Shown here: one piece after another, positions 36,639 through 48,228 of the stretch | Numbering within the stretch: position 1 is the first letter of the stretch | Layout of the letters: the number at the start of each line of letters is the position of its first letter | NCBI GenBank assembly: GCA_905178155.1 | Contig: CAJINV010000010.1 | Coordinates: forward strand, 3,616,587 to 3,680,586 | Direction: 5' to 3' | DNA length: 64,000 nucleotides | DNA from: Amoebophrya sp. A120 | Taxonomy: Eukaryota > Protista > Dinoflagellata | Translations under genes and position numbers: made by a program | Notes under the pieces: model-generated | What the model was told of the DNA's origin: nothing | Database searches by the model: none | Seen by the model: only the letters and a program-made list of their open reading frames with translations

Positions 36639-39600
36639 ATGAGAGATCAGACGAACCGGCATAGTTGTACCTCTCGCGGATGGCTAGCCCTAGGTGCAGC
36701 TACAAGAACCTGCTTCATCTTGAGCAGTGGCAGTACGCAGGAAAACAACCCGAGTCTCCTGTTCGTCGCGGGTATTCAGGCCAAAATCTCCTCGGCCCGA
36801 CAAGCTGGAAGCCCACTGTCCCTGGGGTCAAATGATCGCGGAAATAGGGCGAAGACAGCAAAGAAGGCAAGACAAGCAGGCGTCAAGCTCCCGGTCGTCG
36901 CCATCAAGGAGGAAGACGGAGATTCATCGTTTGCAGACGAAAGAACCAAACTAAACGATCAGCTCCCGCTGCTAAAGAAAACTGCTGCAAAACCGGTTAC
37001 GAGCACGAATCTGCTGTCGACCTCCCGGGCGAAGCAAGTTAGTACCGGTAACCATCAAGCGGACGGACTTGCAGCTGCGTCTTTCCTTGACGCAGGAGAA
37101 GAGCATGGCGCCGCGAAGAAAAAATCGGTCTCCGCTTCGCTTCTGAAAAAACTACCCTCTGCCACTACAACTTCCGGGGGTCGTGATTATGCTGCGCAGG
37201 CAAAGCATCCAGAAGGAGCGGAAGATTTCATTGACGCAATCGCGAACAACCCTCCTGTTGTGAATGACGATTCTGAAGATCCTGCCGAGGACGAGCAGCC
37301 AGCGCTGACCCCGTCCTCTTCTCACCTCGAACTTGTTACTACGAAAAAAACCAATTTTCAAAACGCGAACGTCTTCTCGCAATTCCAGCAAAAGGAAGGA
37401 AACTGGGAAGACAAGGCGATCAAGGGTCCGGAGCAGGATTTAACCGCCGCGGATACGACCGAGTGCAGCGACCCGCAAGTCGGGGTTATCTACACCGGAC
37501 AGATCCTGGTTCAAACGGGCATCACCGGGGGGACGCAGAACGGGAAAGTCGAAGCAGATGACAAATTCCCGCAGCCGAACAATCCCAACGACTGGAAAAC
37601 CTGGGCGGACCCCAACGGACCAATCGCAAAGCACGCCGCGAAGAAGTGCTCGATGTTGTGTAAGTCGCTACCGCAGGAATTCGCCCCTTCCTCTGGAACC
37701 TGCGTCGCTTACACCGTCTGGTTCAACGGGGCTTTTGACCGAAACACCCCCTGGATGTGCCGCTTGTGGTCCTCGATCAGTAAGAAGCAGACGATCCAGC
37801 CCGGACCCGAAACGACGAAGAAAATTGAAGATGGGGACAAGTTTGGGAACGGCTGGGCGCGGAAAGAGGCGGGGGATTTGGCCTGGATCAGCGGCCCGGG
37901 CTGTCCGCAAACCATGACGGGTGCGGCGAACAGCTGGTTGGATTTCTCCAATTGCGAAGATTCCAAACAGGGCGCACAAACTATCAGAATGAAAAATGCC
38001 CCCACCCCCGAACTTGAAAGCATTTGCATTGCAAACCTTTCCAAATGAAACATTCGCCCTCTTGCACCTATCAGCATCACAGGCTTCCAATCGTGAATAG
38101 CGAAAATTTGTATTGCAAAAGACCCCAGCAAGAGCGGCGCTTGTCATGCAAGCGATGCGGTACACGCCTAGACTCTGCATCAGAAAGATTCATACTCCTT
38201 TCATGCATGACAAAAAGGTTTCATTTGGAAACTTCGCATCACAAATTTTTGCAATTTGAGGGGTGGGGGGCACTTTTCACTGTAATACAAACGAAGGGAC
38301 TCGGGAAGGACTGGGTGGTTGGGGACAGCCCGCTCTGGTTTATAACCCGCTCAGGTGTTGCAATCTCAAATCGGCTACCATAGAATCTGGAATCTGTGTT
38401 GCAAAATGCGCAACATCTGGCCTACTCCGACAGGAGCGCGCATGACAAGTTTCGGAGTTGTTCCAAACCGCATCAGAAGCTGGCGAACTTTGTATTGCGA
38501 AAGGCCCAAGTCTCTGTATGGTACTCATGCTGTTCATGCAAGACAAATTTCAGAATCTATTGTAAGGCTAACAATGTTTAAGATTGTAACACCTGAGCAA
38601 GCCATATGGTTCGAGGAAATCGTCTACACCCCGGAAATCGTGAACCCCGTGGACCAAGCAACCGGCGACGTTGGCTGGGGCTACACGGTTTGCTGGGGGT
38701 TGTGCCGGTTGTACGATTTCTGTGAGTCGTTCTCCGTCGGGTGGCAGAACGGGCTACCGGGGCCGGCCTGCTGGCTGCGGAAGGCCGACCCCAATGGAAT
38801 TGAGCAGGACTGGAAGGACAGCACCAACATTCACAGCGGGAAATTGGAATGTATCCCGCAACCGTGGACGGAGCCTCCGCCTGTCCCCGCTCCGTTGCCT
38901 GCTCCAACGCCGGTCCCAGCACCGATGCCGAGTCAACCAATCACGACGCCGTTGCCGATCATCCTCCCGCCGGAAGAGCCAGCGCCGTGTCGCATCTGGT
39001 TGCTGTTGATCGGTGCGGGGCTGTTCATGCTGTGCTGCGCTTCGGCGACCGCGGCCACGGTGGTGAAGGAGAATGAGTTGCTGAAGTACAACAGCCATGC
39101 AATGCAAATATCCCTGGATGTCTGGAAGGTTGCAACGTGTGATGCTGTCTCTGGATGCTAAAAAAATCTGTATTGCGTGACCAGCAAGAGGAGCCCAGTT
39201 TGTGTACTAACGCGGGGAGGGCATTTGTCATGCGGAATAGGCATCAAGAAGCTTTCGAAAAGTCTGTGATGCTAGGTCATCCATTACAGACATCATGGGC
39301 TATGGACAACATGCATGACAAACCTAGCAATCTAGTTCCAGACCCAGACATATTTGCAATGCATAACAGCTTCAGCGAGACGAATGTGAAAGTGGATGTG
39401 GAAACCGAGGAATGGGAGCAGAATTGGGAAGAAAATTCTAATGCGTACGGAGTGAAGACGAAAGCAGGGAAAGCCGCTTTGGAAAAACGCAGGGCGAATA
39501 AAACCTCCAAAGACCGAGATTTATCGGCGAGCAGCAACGCCACTTCCGAAACGTCGAAGGCAGCGAAGAATTCGCTCGCGAAAAGGAAAATGAAAAAGAA

Positions 39601-42600
39601 GGAAAAAGAAGATGACACTGGTATCACGACCGAAACGTCTCTTGAAGCTGTTACGGGGGATGATGACACGACAGAGCAGGAGTTAACTGACTCTGAAACC
39701 GCGAGTTCCGCGATACTGAAAACAGCCACTGCGAAGAAAAAAGCGAAGCCGAAGGGGAATGCGGTACTCGACGCGGAAACGGAAAAAGCCGCAACGGATT
39801 TGGCTGCAAATCTGAAGTTGACGAATGGATACGCCGTGAGACTCGCGAAGGCCATGGTAGATCCGGATCTCGCTGGGAAGCCGTTGCCAAAGCCGAAGAA
39901 GAAGGTGGATCGAGAGGCGATGCTCGCGGCGAATATCGACGTGGACAAAGGGGACATGGCACAGATGATGAATTTGATCTCTGCGGTATCCCAAGGAAAA
40001 ACGTCCCCATCCCAGAGTTGTCATGCAGATCTGCATGCTGAAGATGTTCTGTTTCTCATGCGGAGCCCCATGAGAAGCGCTTTCGAGTCGTGCTGCGGAA
40101 TTTGTCATGCTTCAATCAGCATAATGTGTTAACAGATCTGTGATGCTGGTGAACCACCTAAATCGAGGATTACACTACGAGCCCAGGAGATGAGGACTTG
40201 TCATGCGCAGCAACCAAAGCGTGTTGATTTGTCTAGCAGATTTCCCATCTTGACTATGAAATGGGGACGTTTTTCCTCAGGATATGCGACGGCTGGTAAA
40301 AGGGATTTGTCCGCGGTTCCGGGTGTTGGTGCGGTGTCAGGTCGAGATCCGGGGGAGAGGGCGGAAGCTTTGTCTCTACAGTCCGGACAAGCGAAGAAAC
40401 TTCTGGATGCCGATGTCTCCGACTTGGATTCCACCCCGTCTGAACCTACGACTGGGGAGAGAGCGAAGTCGGCTAAGTTGCGGAAAAAGAAATCGAAGAA
40501 AGACAGTGTGAAAAGAGAATCGAATTTGAACAAGGAGACAAAAACCGACAGTGAAAAAGCCGACTCCGACTTCCAGGGCGGCCCGGCGACTGCGGGGAAA
40601 AAGAAGAGAAAAACGGAACAGAATTTGGACAAAGAGGCCGGTGTCACTACGGAAAGCAATGCGTCAAGCGGGGAAAAAGCCACGAAGGCGAGTCTGAAAA
40701 AGAAGAAATCCTCGGTGAAAAAGAAATTGGATTCCCAGAAATCCTTGAAAGGGGCGCGGGAATCGGATGCACCGGGCGAAACCGCTGGGACAACTGCTGC
40801 TTTACAAACTGCTGTTGCGCCGGGGGGGAAAGTTTTGCAAGTCAGCGCGGATCTCGATACGGAAAGCGAGCTCGAGCCCGGGGAGAAAGCGAAGCAAGCT
40901 AGCCTGCGGGGTAGTAAGAAGGAAAAAAAGAAGAAACTCGAAACGGAAAAGGAGTTGACTACCGACCAAGACACTGAACAAGGTGAGACTGCGAACAAAG
41001 CGAGTCTTAGGTCCAGTAAGAAAGAGAAGAAAAAGAAGCTCGAAACGGAGAGGGATTTAACTACAGATCAAGACACTGAACAAGGTGAGACTGCGAAGAA
41101 AGCGAGCCTGCGCTCCTCGAAGAAAGAGAAGAAGAAAGCGCTCGACGCAGAGAAAAATCTCACTGCGGAGTCTGAGCCCGAAGCAGGGGAGTCCGCGACG
41201 AAACTTTCCTTGAAGCAGGGGAAAAAATCGAAGAAGGACGCATCTCTTCGGACGAGCAAGGATTTGGCCGCTGGTGTTTTACCGGATGGGGATTTAGAAA
41301 TTGCGGGAACAGGAGCTTCCTTGCAGAAGAAAAAGTCATCTTCCCGAAAGGAAAAATCCTTAAAAGCAGAAACCGTATGCATTGCAAATCTGTCTTGGTC
41401 TGGAAACTTGTGATGCAAGTCAGTGAACAATAAGTGAAGTGTAATGCGCAGCCAAGCATGACAAGTGTTTTCGTGCTTCTGTGCTGCGCATTCCGCATGA
41501 GAGCCTGCGTTTTTGCATGACAGGCGAGAGAGGCTGTTCCGATGGCCTCACGCAATACAGAGTGCAGAGTCATGCCAGACTAGCATGACAAATGTTGCAA
41601 TCTTCCAGACCCAGACATGTTTGCAGTTGATAAACGGAACTTGACACGGATTTTGAGATCACCGAGGCCTTTCGAATCCTGAAGAAAGCGGGGTTGGAAA
41701 AGGCTTACGCAAGAAAACTCGCGGCGACCATTGCGGACAAGGATCTAAACGCGGAGCAAGTTCTATGGGAGTGCACAACCCCCCCTCCCCCTCATTTGTG
41801 ATGCAGAATGCCTAATTTACACCCTGCCTCTGGGCTCATCTGTTAGCATGACAAGTTCTGGCAGCCCAAATGGCACTACACTTCTGTCCAAATTTGTCAT
41901 GCAAAACCTGTATTCTTGCTGACGCCTGTATTGCTGTTCATGCAATACAAATGAGGGGGAGTGGGAGTTGTGCACATTCATAAGCTCCTACCCCGCCGAA
42001 TGATCTGGACGCGCAGAAACTGGAAGAGCTCGGCTTTGGTCTCGGTGAGTCGGTCGGAAAACTCCGATTGGCGGTGGCCAAGACGAAACAGAAGCAACAA
42101 GCCCTGAAAGCGGAAAAATCATTGCAAAAAGAGCAGAGGCCGTCCGCCGCGGAATCGGCGCAATCCATGTCTTTACGGACTTCCCGGACTGTATGGAAGT
42201 GTCAGGATCGAAATCGTCAGAGTTGAAATAATTTGTGATGCATAAAATGCAGCCCACAAAGTGCCTGTCTTGCAGAGTAGGCAAGAGAGGCAGCTTGTAA
42301 GCCTGTTGAGGGGTAGAAACTAAGCAGCTAAAGGAGCATGACAAAAGGCGTCTTCCTTACCCAAACAGCATGACAAACTGGATTTCGGTTCTGCCTAGAT
42401 TTGTCATGCGCCACTTGGAAACTGGGTTACAACTTTCATCCATTTTATGCATGGCAAACTATTTCAACTTTGACGATTTCAAACCTGACACATCCATAGA
42501 CTGTGAAGAAACAAAAATTGGCCACCGATCAGATCATCACTGCTGCACCGGAACGGAACGAAGTTATGGATTGCAAAAATGTCTGGGTCCGGAAGAATGC

Positions 42601-45600
42601 AATCTTGTGATGCTGCATTTGGATTCCTAAAAAATCTGTATTGCATAAGCAGCAAAGGAAATGCAATTTTGGCCGCGCGGAGAGGGCATTTATCATGCGG
42701 AATAGGCATCGCAGACAGAGCCCTCAAAAAGTCTGTGATACTAGGGCATGCATCACAGACATCATGGCCCATGCAAAACGTGCATGACAAGTCTCAGAAA
42801 TTTCCAGACCCAGACATTTTTGCAATTGATAGAAGTGGAGAATGTGCTAGTCGAAGCGGGGATCGGGAAGAAATACGCGAAAAAATTGGCCAGGAAGTTA
42901 AACGATCCAGATTTGGATGCCGTGCCAGTACCCGCAGACGAGAAGGATTTGTCTGTCCTTCAATCACTCGGTTTGTTCGGAGAGAAGGAATCTTCCATGG
43001 AAAAGATGCGTCTTTGGGCAGCAGCAGCGGCGAAAGCGAAAAAGAAAAAGAAGCCAATGGAGTTTGGAACGGATACTATTTCTGTCGATTTTGCGGTGGC
43101 GGAAAAAGCTCTTTTAAAACTCGGATTGGAAAAAATGCAAGCGAAGAAACTCGCGGAAAAAATCGCCAGTCCGGATTTAAACGCCGAAGAAACCTTAAGT
43201 GACACACTGGATGAAAAGTCACTGAAACTGTTGCAAACGTTAGGTTTCGGCGGGAGTGAGAAAATCACCCAGACAGCCCAGTGGATTCAAAAAGAAGCGA
43301 TAAACAACAAGAGGGAAGAGACTTGTTTGACCACCATGACATTAGACGCAGGGATTTCCGAGAAAGCTCTTCTCTCTGCCGGGATGACTGCGAAATTTGC
43401 GAAGAAGCTCGCGAAGCAACTCGGCGATCCGAATTTAACGGCGGAGGAAACGCTTGCAGAGCCGGACAATGAGAAGGATTTGCAGATTTTGAAGCACATG
43501 GGGATTTTTGGCGACACAGAAAAAGTTGGGACCATGCGGGGGTACTTGCACCAGAAACTGGAGCAGAAATACGGGGTGGATGAGAATGGAAACTTGAACA
43601 TCACGGCAGATATCACGATCGATTTTGGAACTTCTGAGGAGGCGTTTGTGCAGCAAGGCTTTTCGAAAAAGACCGCGAAGAAACTGGCGAAGAGAGTGGT
43701 GGAAAAAGATGTCGATGAAACCGAAGCCTCGCTAAGAGAAGACATGGACGAAAAGGATTTGGAGCTGATGGAGCAACTGTACGGGCCCGGATTTTTCGAT
43801 AACAACCCGACGGAACTGAACGAGCAAATGGAAGGTTTTGTGAAGCGGCAGGTGTTGATGAAGCAGAAACGAATCTCCATTGATTTATCGACCATGAAGT
43901 ACGCCGATGTGGACTTCGGCAATGCAGAGGAAATTTTCGTGTTGAAAGGGTTTGAGCCCCTGATGGCGAAGAAGGTCGCGAAGGCGGTGGTGAAAAACGA
44001 TAAGGAGGGACTTGCGGAGTTGATTGAAAATGGTGATTCGGGCGAATTAGCTATCAAAATGAAAAATCCCCCCACCCCATACTCAAACTTGAAAGTTGTG
44101 ATGCAGATTTGTGGCCACAAATCAGCTTTGTCATGCTAGAAGGGAAAAGATGCGGACTGTAGTGCTGGTTGGCGTGGGAAAGCCTTGCATCTTCAGCATG
44201 ACATGGGGCAGCTGGAAGTGAGAAACTGCATGACAAATTGCCTGCAAATGAGGCCACAGCTGCGTCTCTTGGCCTTCTAGCATTACAAGTCGATTTGTGT
44301 ACTCAAATACAGCATCACAAATTTCGTTTTCGATATGGGGAGGGGGGATTTTTCATTCTGATATTAGCGGCCGCGGATGTACCGGGTCAGAAGGAATTGT
44401 TGGCGGCTCTAGCCGGGACAGGAGATTTGAAATCCGATGTTGCGATGGACAATCTGATATGGATTGCAAATATGTCTGGGTCTGCAAACTTGTAATGCTG
44501 AGTTGTGAATAGTGAATGGTCTGTAATGCATAGCCAAGCATGAGAAATATTTCCGGGGCTTAGTGTTGCGTTTTCCGCATGACAAACTGCGTCCTTGCAT
44601 GACAAGCAAATGGGTCTCTTCTTGGACACGCATCACAGACTTTTCAGTCATGCCAGGCAAGCGTGACAAACCTTGCACCCTTCCAGACCCAGACATTTTT
44701 GCATTTGATATCTGAAAGATATGTTGGAGGAGGAAATCGACAACAACAAAGAGAAATACGCAATGCCGGAGAAGCCGATTCTTCGCAGCAGGGCGTCCTC
44801 GAAGAAGAAGAGATCTCCTTCGGAGATTCTGGTTGATCCTGCTAGTACTGGAGCTCTACTACTACCTCCTGACGCAGAACTTGCTGGCGTGAATATGAAA
44901 GCAGGTGGATTTTTACCACAGAGAAAGCCGAAGAAAGAGCCGCCCAGTGCCTTTATGCAGTCCTGTTGCTGCTGCTTTCTCGGAAGTAGCGGTCAAGACG
45001 ACGAGGGTGCAGACGATTTGTATAATGCGCCGGCAGTTCAAGTTCAAGGAGGAGGAGGTGAATCTGTTCAGCCGATTGGCATCGCGAAGCCGATCCACCT
45101 CAAGATTGAGGAAGCGGCGACAGATTCGGAGCAAGGAAGAATCGCCACCGATGAAATCCGATGATATTGACTACTCGGAGCAGTTGCAGTATGATGGTCA
45201 ACAAGCATTACAAGCCGAAAGAAGCGTCCTTACCCCCGAAATCATGCAGCAGGAAGCGGAACAAGCCATGGTAGCGGCCGGGTTTGAGAAAGCGGTCGCG
45301 GTCAAAGTGGCCCAGAAGATGGCTGCGAAGGGAGAGAATCCGGAAGGGGAACTGGATGAAGAAACCCGAATGTGTGCGATCAACGCGGGAATACTGACGA
45401 CGGAGCAAGTGGGCGATAGTCCCATATCAAATGCAAATATGTCGGGGTCTGGGAAACTGCGAGATTTGTCATTCTAGTCTGGCATAACTCTGAACTTTGT
45501 ATTGCGTGGCCGCAAAGACAAAGAGCCCCACTTGCCTGTCATGCAAAAACGCAGTTTCTCATGCGGAGTACGCAACTCAGAACCACGGAAAAACTTGTCA

Positions 45601-46615
45601 TGCTTTGCAGCGCATTACAGTTTGCTCACTGTTCCCTTCCTCGCATCACAAATTTCCAGACCCAGACATATTTGCAATCCATATCCCATGACGATGCGAG
45701 ATTTAACCTCGAAGTTGATGGAGGTACAGAGTCAGTGTTTTATCCAATCCCTATCCCCAACCAGCTTTGTGAACTACGCGAATGAGCGGGATAATCTCTA
45801 TTACAGTAAAAAATACCCCCACCCCCGAACTTAGGAGCATTTGTATTGCAAACCTTTCCAAATGAAACATTCGCCCTCTTGCATCTATCAGCATCACAGG
45901 TTTCCAATTGTGAATAGCAAAAATTTGTATTGCAAAAGACCCCAGCAAGAGCGCCGCTTGTCATGCAAGCGATGCGATACACGCGTAGACTCTGCATCAG
46001 AAAGATTCATACTCCTTTCATGCATGACAAAAAGTTTTCATTTGGAAACTTCGCATCACAAACTCTTGCAATTTCAGGGGTGGGGGCACTTTTCACTGTG
46101 ATAATCTCGGTGGGTTGTCCATGCTTCAATCCGCGGCCATGACGTCTTTGAAGTCGGGCATCATGTCCGGCGCGGTGCCTATGGGAGTGTCAGGATCGAA
46201 ATCGTCAGAGTTGAAATAATTTGTGATGCATAACACGGATACCAGTTGGCGCCTATTTTTCAAGTGGCGCATGACAAATTTCGGTAGAACTGAAATCCAG
46301 TTTGTAATGCTGTTTGGGTAAGGAGGACGCCTTTTGTCATGCTACTTGAGCAGCTCAATTTCTACCCCGCAACAGGCTTACAATCTGCATCCCTTGCGTC
46401 CTCTGCAAAAGAGGCAACTTTTGCGTTGCATTTTATGCATCACAAACTATTTCAACTGTGACGATTTCGATCCTGACGCTTCCATAGTGCCGATATCAGA
46501 TCTGACGTCGACGGGGTTTACGAATTTTGACCCTGCGATGATGGAGGAACTGGGCCTGGACAAAAAGGAGGCCGCGAAGAAAAGGATAAAAGACGCGGCG
46601 ATGAAACAGGTGTGA
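36639..46615 (+). CDS. Very large type-I membrane protein: two PAN/Apple-like domains, Pro-rich stalk, TM helix and long Lys/Glu-rich repetitive tail
   Basis: CSMLCKS...CVAYTVW...CRLWS and CWGLCRLYDFCESFSV...CWLRK (PAN/Apple Cys pattern), PPPVPAPLPAPTP stalk, TM segment IWLLLIGAGLFMLCCASATAATVV. Thirteen introners excise in frame. One unexplained +1 frameshift near 45160. The 3' end may extend to about 46993 through a GT-AG intron. Confidence 0.7.
37982..38287. mobile_element. Introner family H
   Basis: Family H TIR; TSD caaac; close sibling of 45799-46103. Confidence 0.92.
38341..38606. mobile_element. Introner family I (single copy here)
   Basis: TIR TATAACCCGCTCAGGTGTTGCAATCT / AGATTGTAACACCTGAGCAAGCCATA; TSD tggtt. 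Confidence 0.88.
39096..39365. mobile_element. Introner family B (starts CAT)
   Basis: Family B TIR; TSD acagc. Confidence 0.9.
39987..40284. mobile_element. Introner family D
   Basis: Family D TIR; TSD tgcgg/tgcga. Confidence 0.9.
41376..41632. mobile_element. Introner family B
   Basis: Family B TIR; TSD aaccg/aacgg. Confidence 0.9.
41764..41982. mobile_element. Introner family F
   Basis: Family F TIR; TSD agttc/agctc. Confidence 0.9.
42192..42498. mobile_element. Introner family G
   Basis: Family G TIR; TSD gactg. Confidence 0.92.
42565..42831. mobile_element. Introner family B
   Basis: Family B TIR; TSD gaagt; reverse-orientation sibling of 11781-12042. Confidence 0.92.
44052..44363. 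mobile_element. Introner family A
   Basis: Family A TIR; TSD ttagc. Confidence 0.92.
44458..44710. mobile_element. Introner family B
   Basis: Family B TIR; TSD tctga. Confidence 0.92.
45425..45683. mobile_element. Introner family B
   Basis: Family B TIR; TSD tccca. Confidence 0.92.
45799..46103. mobile_element. Introner family H
   Basis: Family H TIR; TSD atctc. Confidence 0.92.
46180..46486. mobile_element. Introner family G
   Basis: Family G TIR; TSD gtgcc; opposite orientation to 42192-42498. Confidence 0.92.
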
Positions 46616-47481
46616 GTTCTTTTTCTAGGTATTCACAAAGTTACAAGAATTATGATCCAAATTTTTGCCTCAATACACGTGCACTGCTCAAACCAGAATC
46701 TAAATCTCCCCTCACATTTTTGCATAAGTATTGCATAAAGCATTTTATCTTCCTGTAAACTCGCATCACGATATCCTCGTGCAATCATATTTGAGACCCC
46801 TAGTTTCATCTACTACCCAGATAAAGCAACGTAGCACACGAATTTTTCTCAATTTTCCTTTCACAACGACCTTAGAAAGAATACATTTCAACACAACTAC
46901 GTGCAGAATTTGCCCCCCCCATTTTGGTAACGTTATCATGCCAACGAAAAAGAAGCAGTTTCAGTCGACAAGGCTGCGGAAGAAAAGGCGTGACTGTGAC
47001 GGCATGGCGCTGTTCTAGTTCTACGGTCTTTATTCTCACTCTCGCTTTCGTGATCGTCGTGCCTCATCGTTGTACAAATCACAGTAGAACTGTTTTTAGT
47101 TGTCCAGAAGATTTCTCGGTCATTGGAGCCGATTTGTTGGTCCCCATCGTTCGCGTTTCTGGTATAAAAAAGGTTTTTCCAGCATGATCGTTCACATGAT
47201 CTTCGTCGTTTTTTTTTTCGTCCGTTGTGTTTGTGGTCGTTGGTTTATCATCAGTTTTCTTCCGTAAGTTAGTACCCTGTTGCTTCACCTGATATTCTAC
47301 TTCAATAGAGAAGCCAGGACCTTTCCAAAGAGTGAAAGTGCATAAAAGCGAATACAGTAGAGCAAGAACCCAGCTCAGCACATAGGTCAAAAATCGAGCA
47401 GCTGATGAAGTAGGTTTTTATCTTCAGCTGGAGCTTCGCCGCCATAAAATCTCACTCGATTTCAACTCTTCGTAAAACACA

Positions 47482-48228
47482 ATGGGAAATAGCTTTCGAC
47501 CGACAGGCGGGCTGTTTCTTGCAGCCGGTGGAGCAGCAGGGTTTTTTAGCAGTCCAGCATCGGCGTACCTATTCAACAGCGAGCTACAACTATTTTCGCA
47601 ACCTGGCCGTCAGAAGAACAAGAAGACTATGCCCTTTGTTCCAAGAAATCCGTATGCAGACGTGAAGCCAACGCAGCCCGACTCTACTTCCTACCTGCAG
47701 CTATTACAGGCGCCAGAACTTCTACCGCCGATAAACACAACAAGTATTCTTCTTGCCGAAGAAGCCGTGTTTGAGCCAGGGAAAATAGATTTCGAAATCG
47801 GTTCGACGCAAAAGTGCAGAAACAATAATTCCACCTTCTGCGGCAGCCCGCTGGACCCAGCCAATCAGCCGTTGGTGGGAAAATTTGGATTAATGCGCCA
47901 TGCATCCGCAGACCAGAAGAACGGGCGGAAAGGACAGGAAATATTTGTACCAGTTGATGTACAACTAGACGTGCAAACCAACGAGGGAATTACAACGACG
48001 CCGACCACATTGGGAGGAACAAATGTGGGCGGAGGTGGACCCGGATTCGGTGTGCCGGTGCCCCCGGAAAAGACGACTCCTTTGGACGACACGAGTAAAA
48101 CGGAACAAGAAGCTCCTGCGACGAGGGCAGCTACCGGGCCGGGTGCAGAGGTGTTAGTACTGGGAGGGAGGCACACAATGGATTCGGCACCGGTGCAGTA
48201 TTCGATCCTGGAAGGGCCGTGCTGCTGA
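47482..48228 (+). CDS. Hypothetical secreted protein (248 aa, no introns seen; may be a fragment)
   Basis: ORF with a signal-like N-terminus (GGLFLAAGGAAGFFSSPASA) and coding-like composition. Confidence 0.5.
   Translation: MGNSFRPTGGLFLAAGGAAGFFSSPASAYLFNSELQLFSQPGRQKNKKTMPFVPRNPYADVKPTQPDSTSYLQLLQAPELLPPINTTSILLAEEAVFEPGKIDFEIGSTQKCRNNNSTFCGSPLDPANQPLVGKFGLMRHASADQKNGRKGQEIFVPVDVQLDVQTNEGITTTPTTLGGTNVGGGGPGFGVPVPPEKTTPLDDTSKTEQEAPATRAATGPGAEVLVLGGRHTMDSAPVQYSILEGPCC

Noticed and set aside
39277-44120. Long minus-strand ORFs (39277-39957, 40201-40998, 43287-44120)
   Set aside because: They are Ser/Phe-rich antisense shadows of the Lys/Glu-rich + strand gene.
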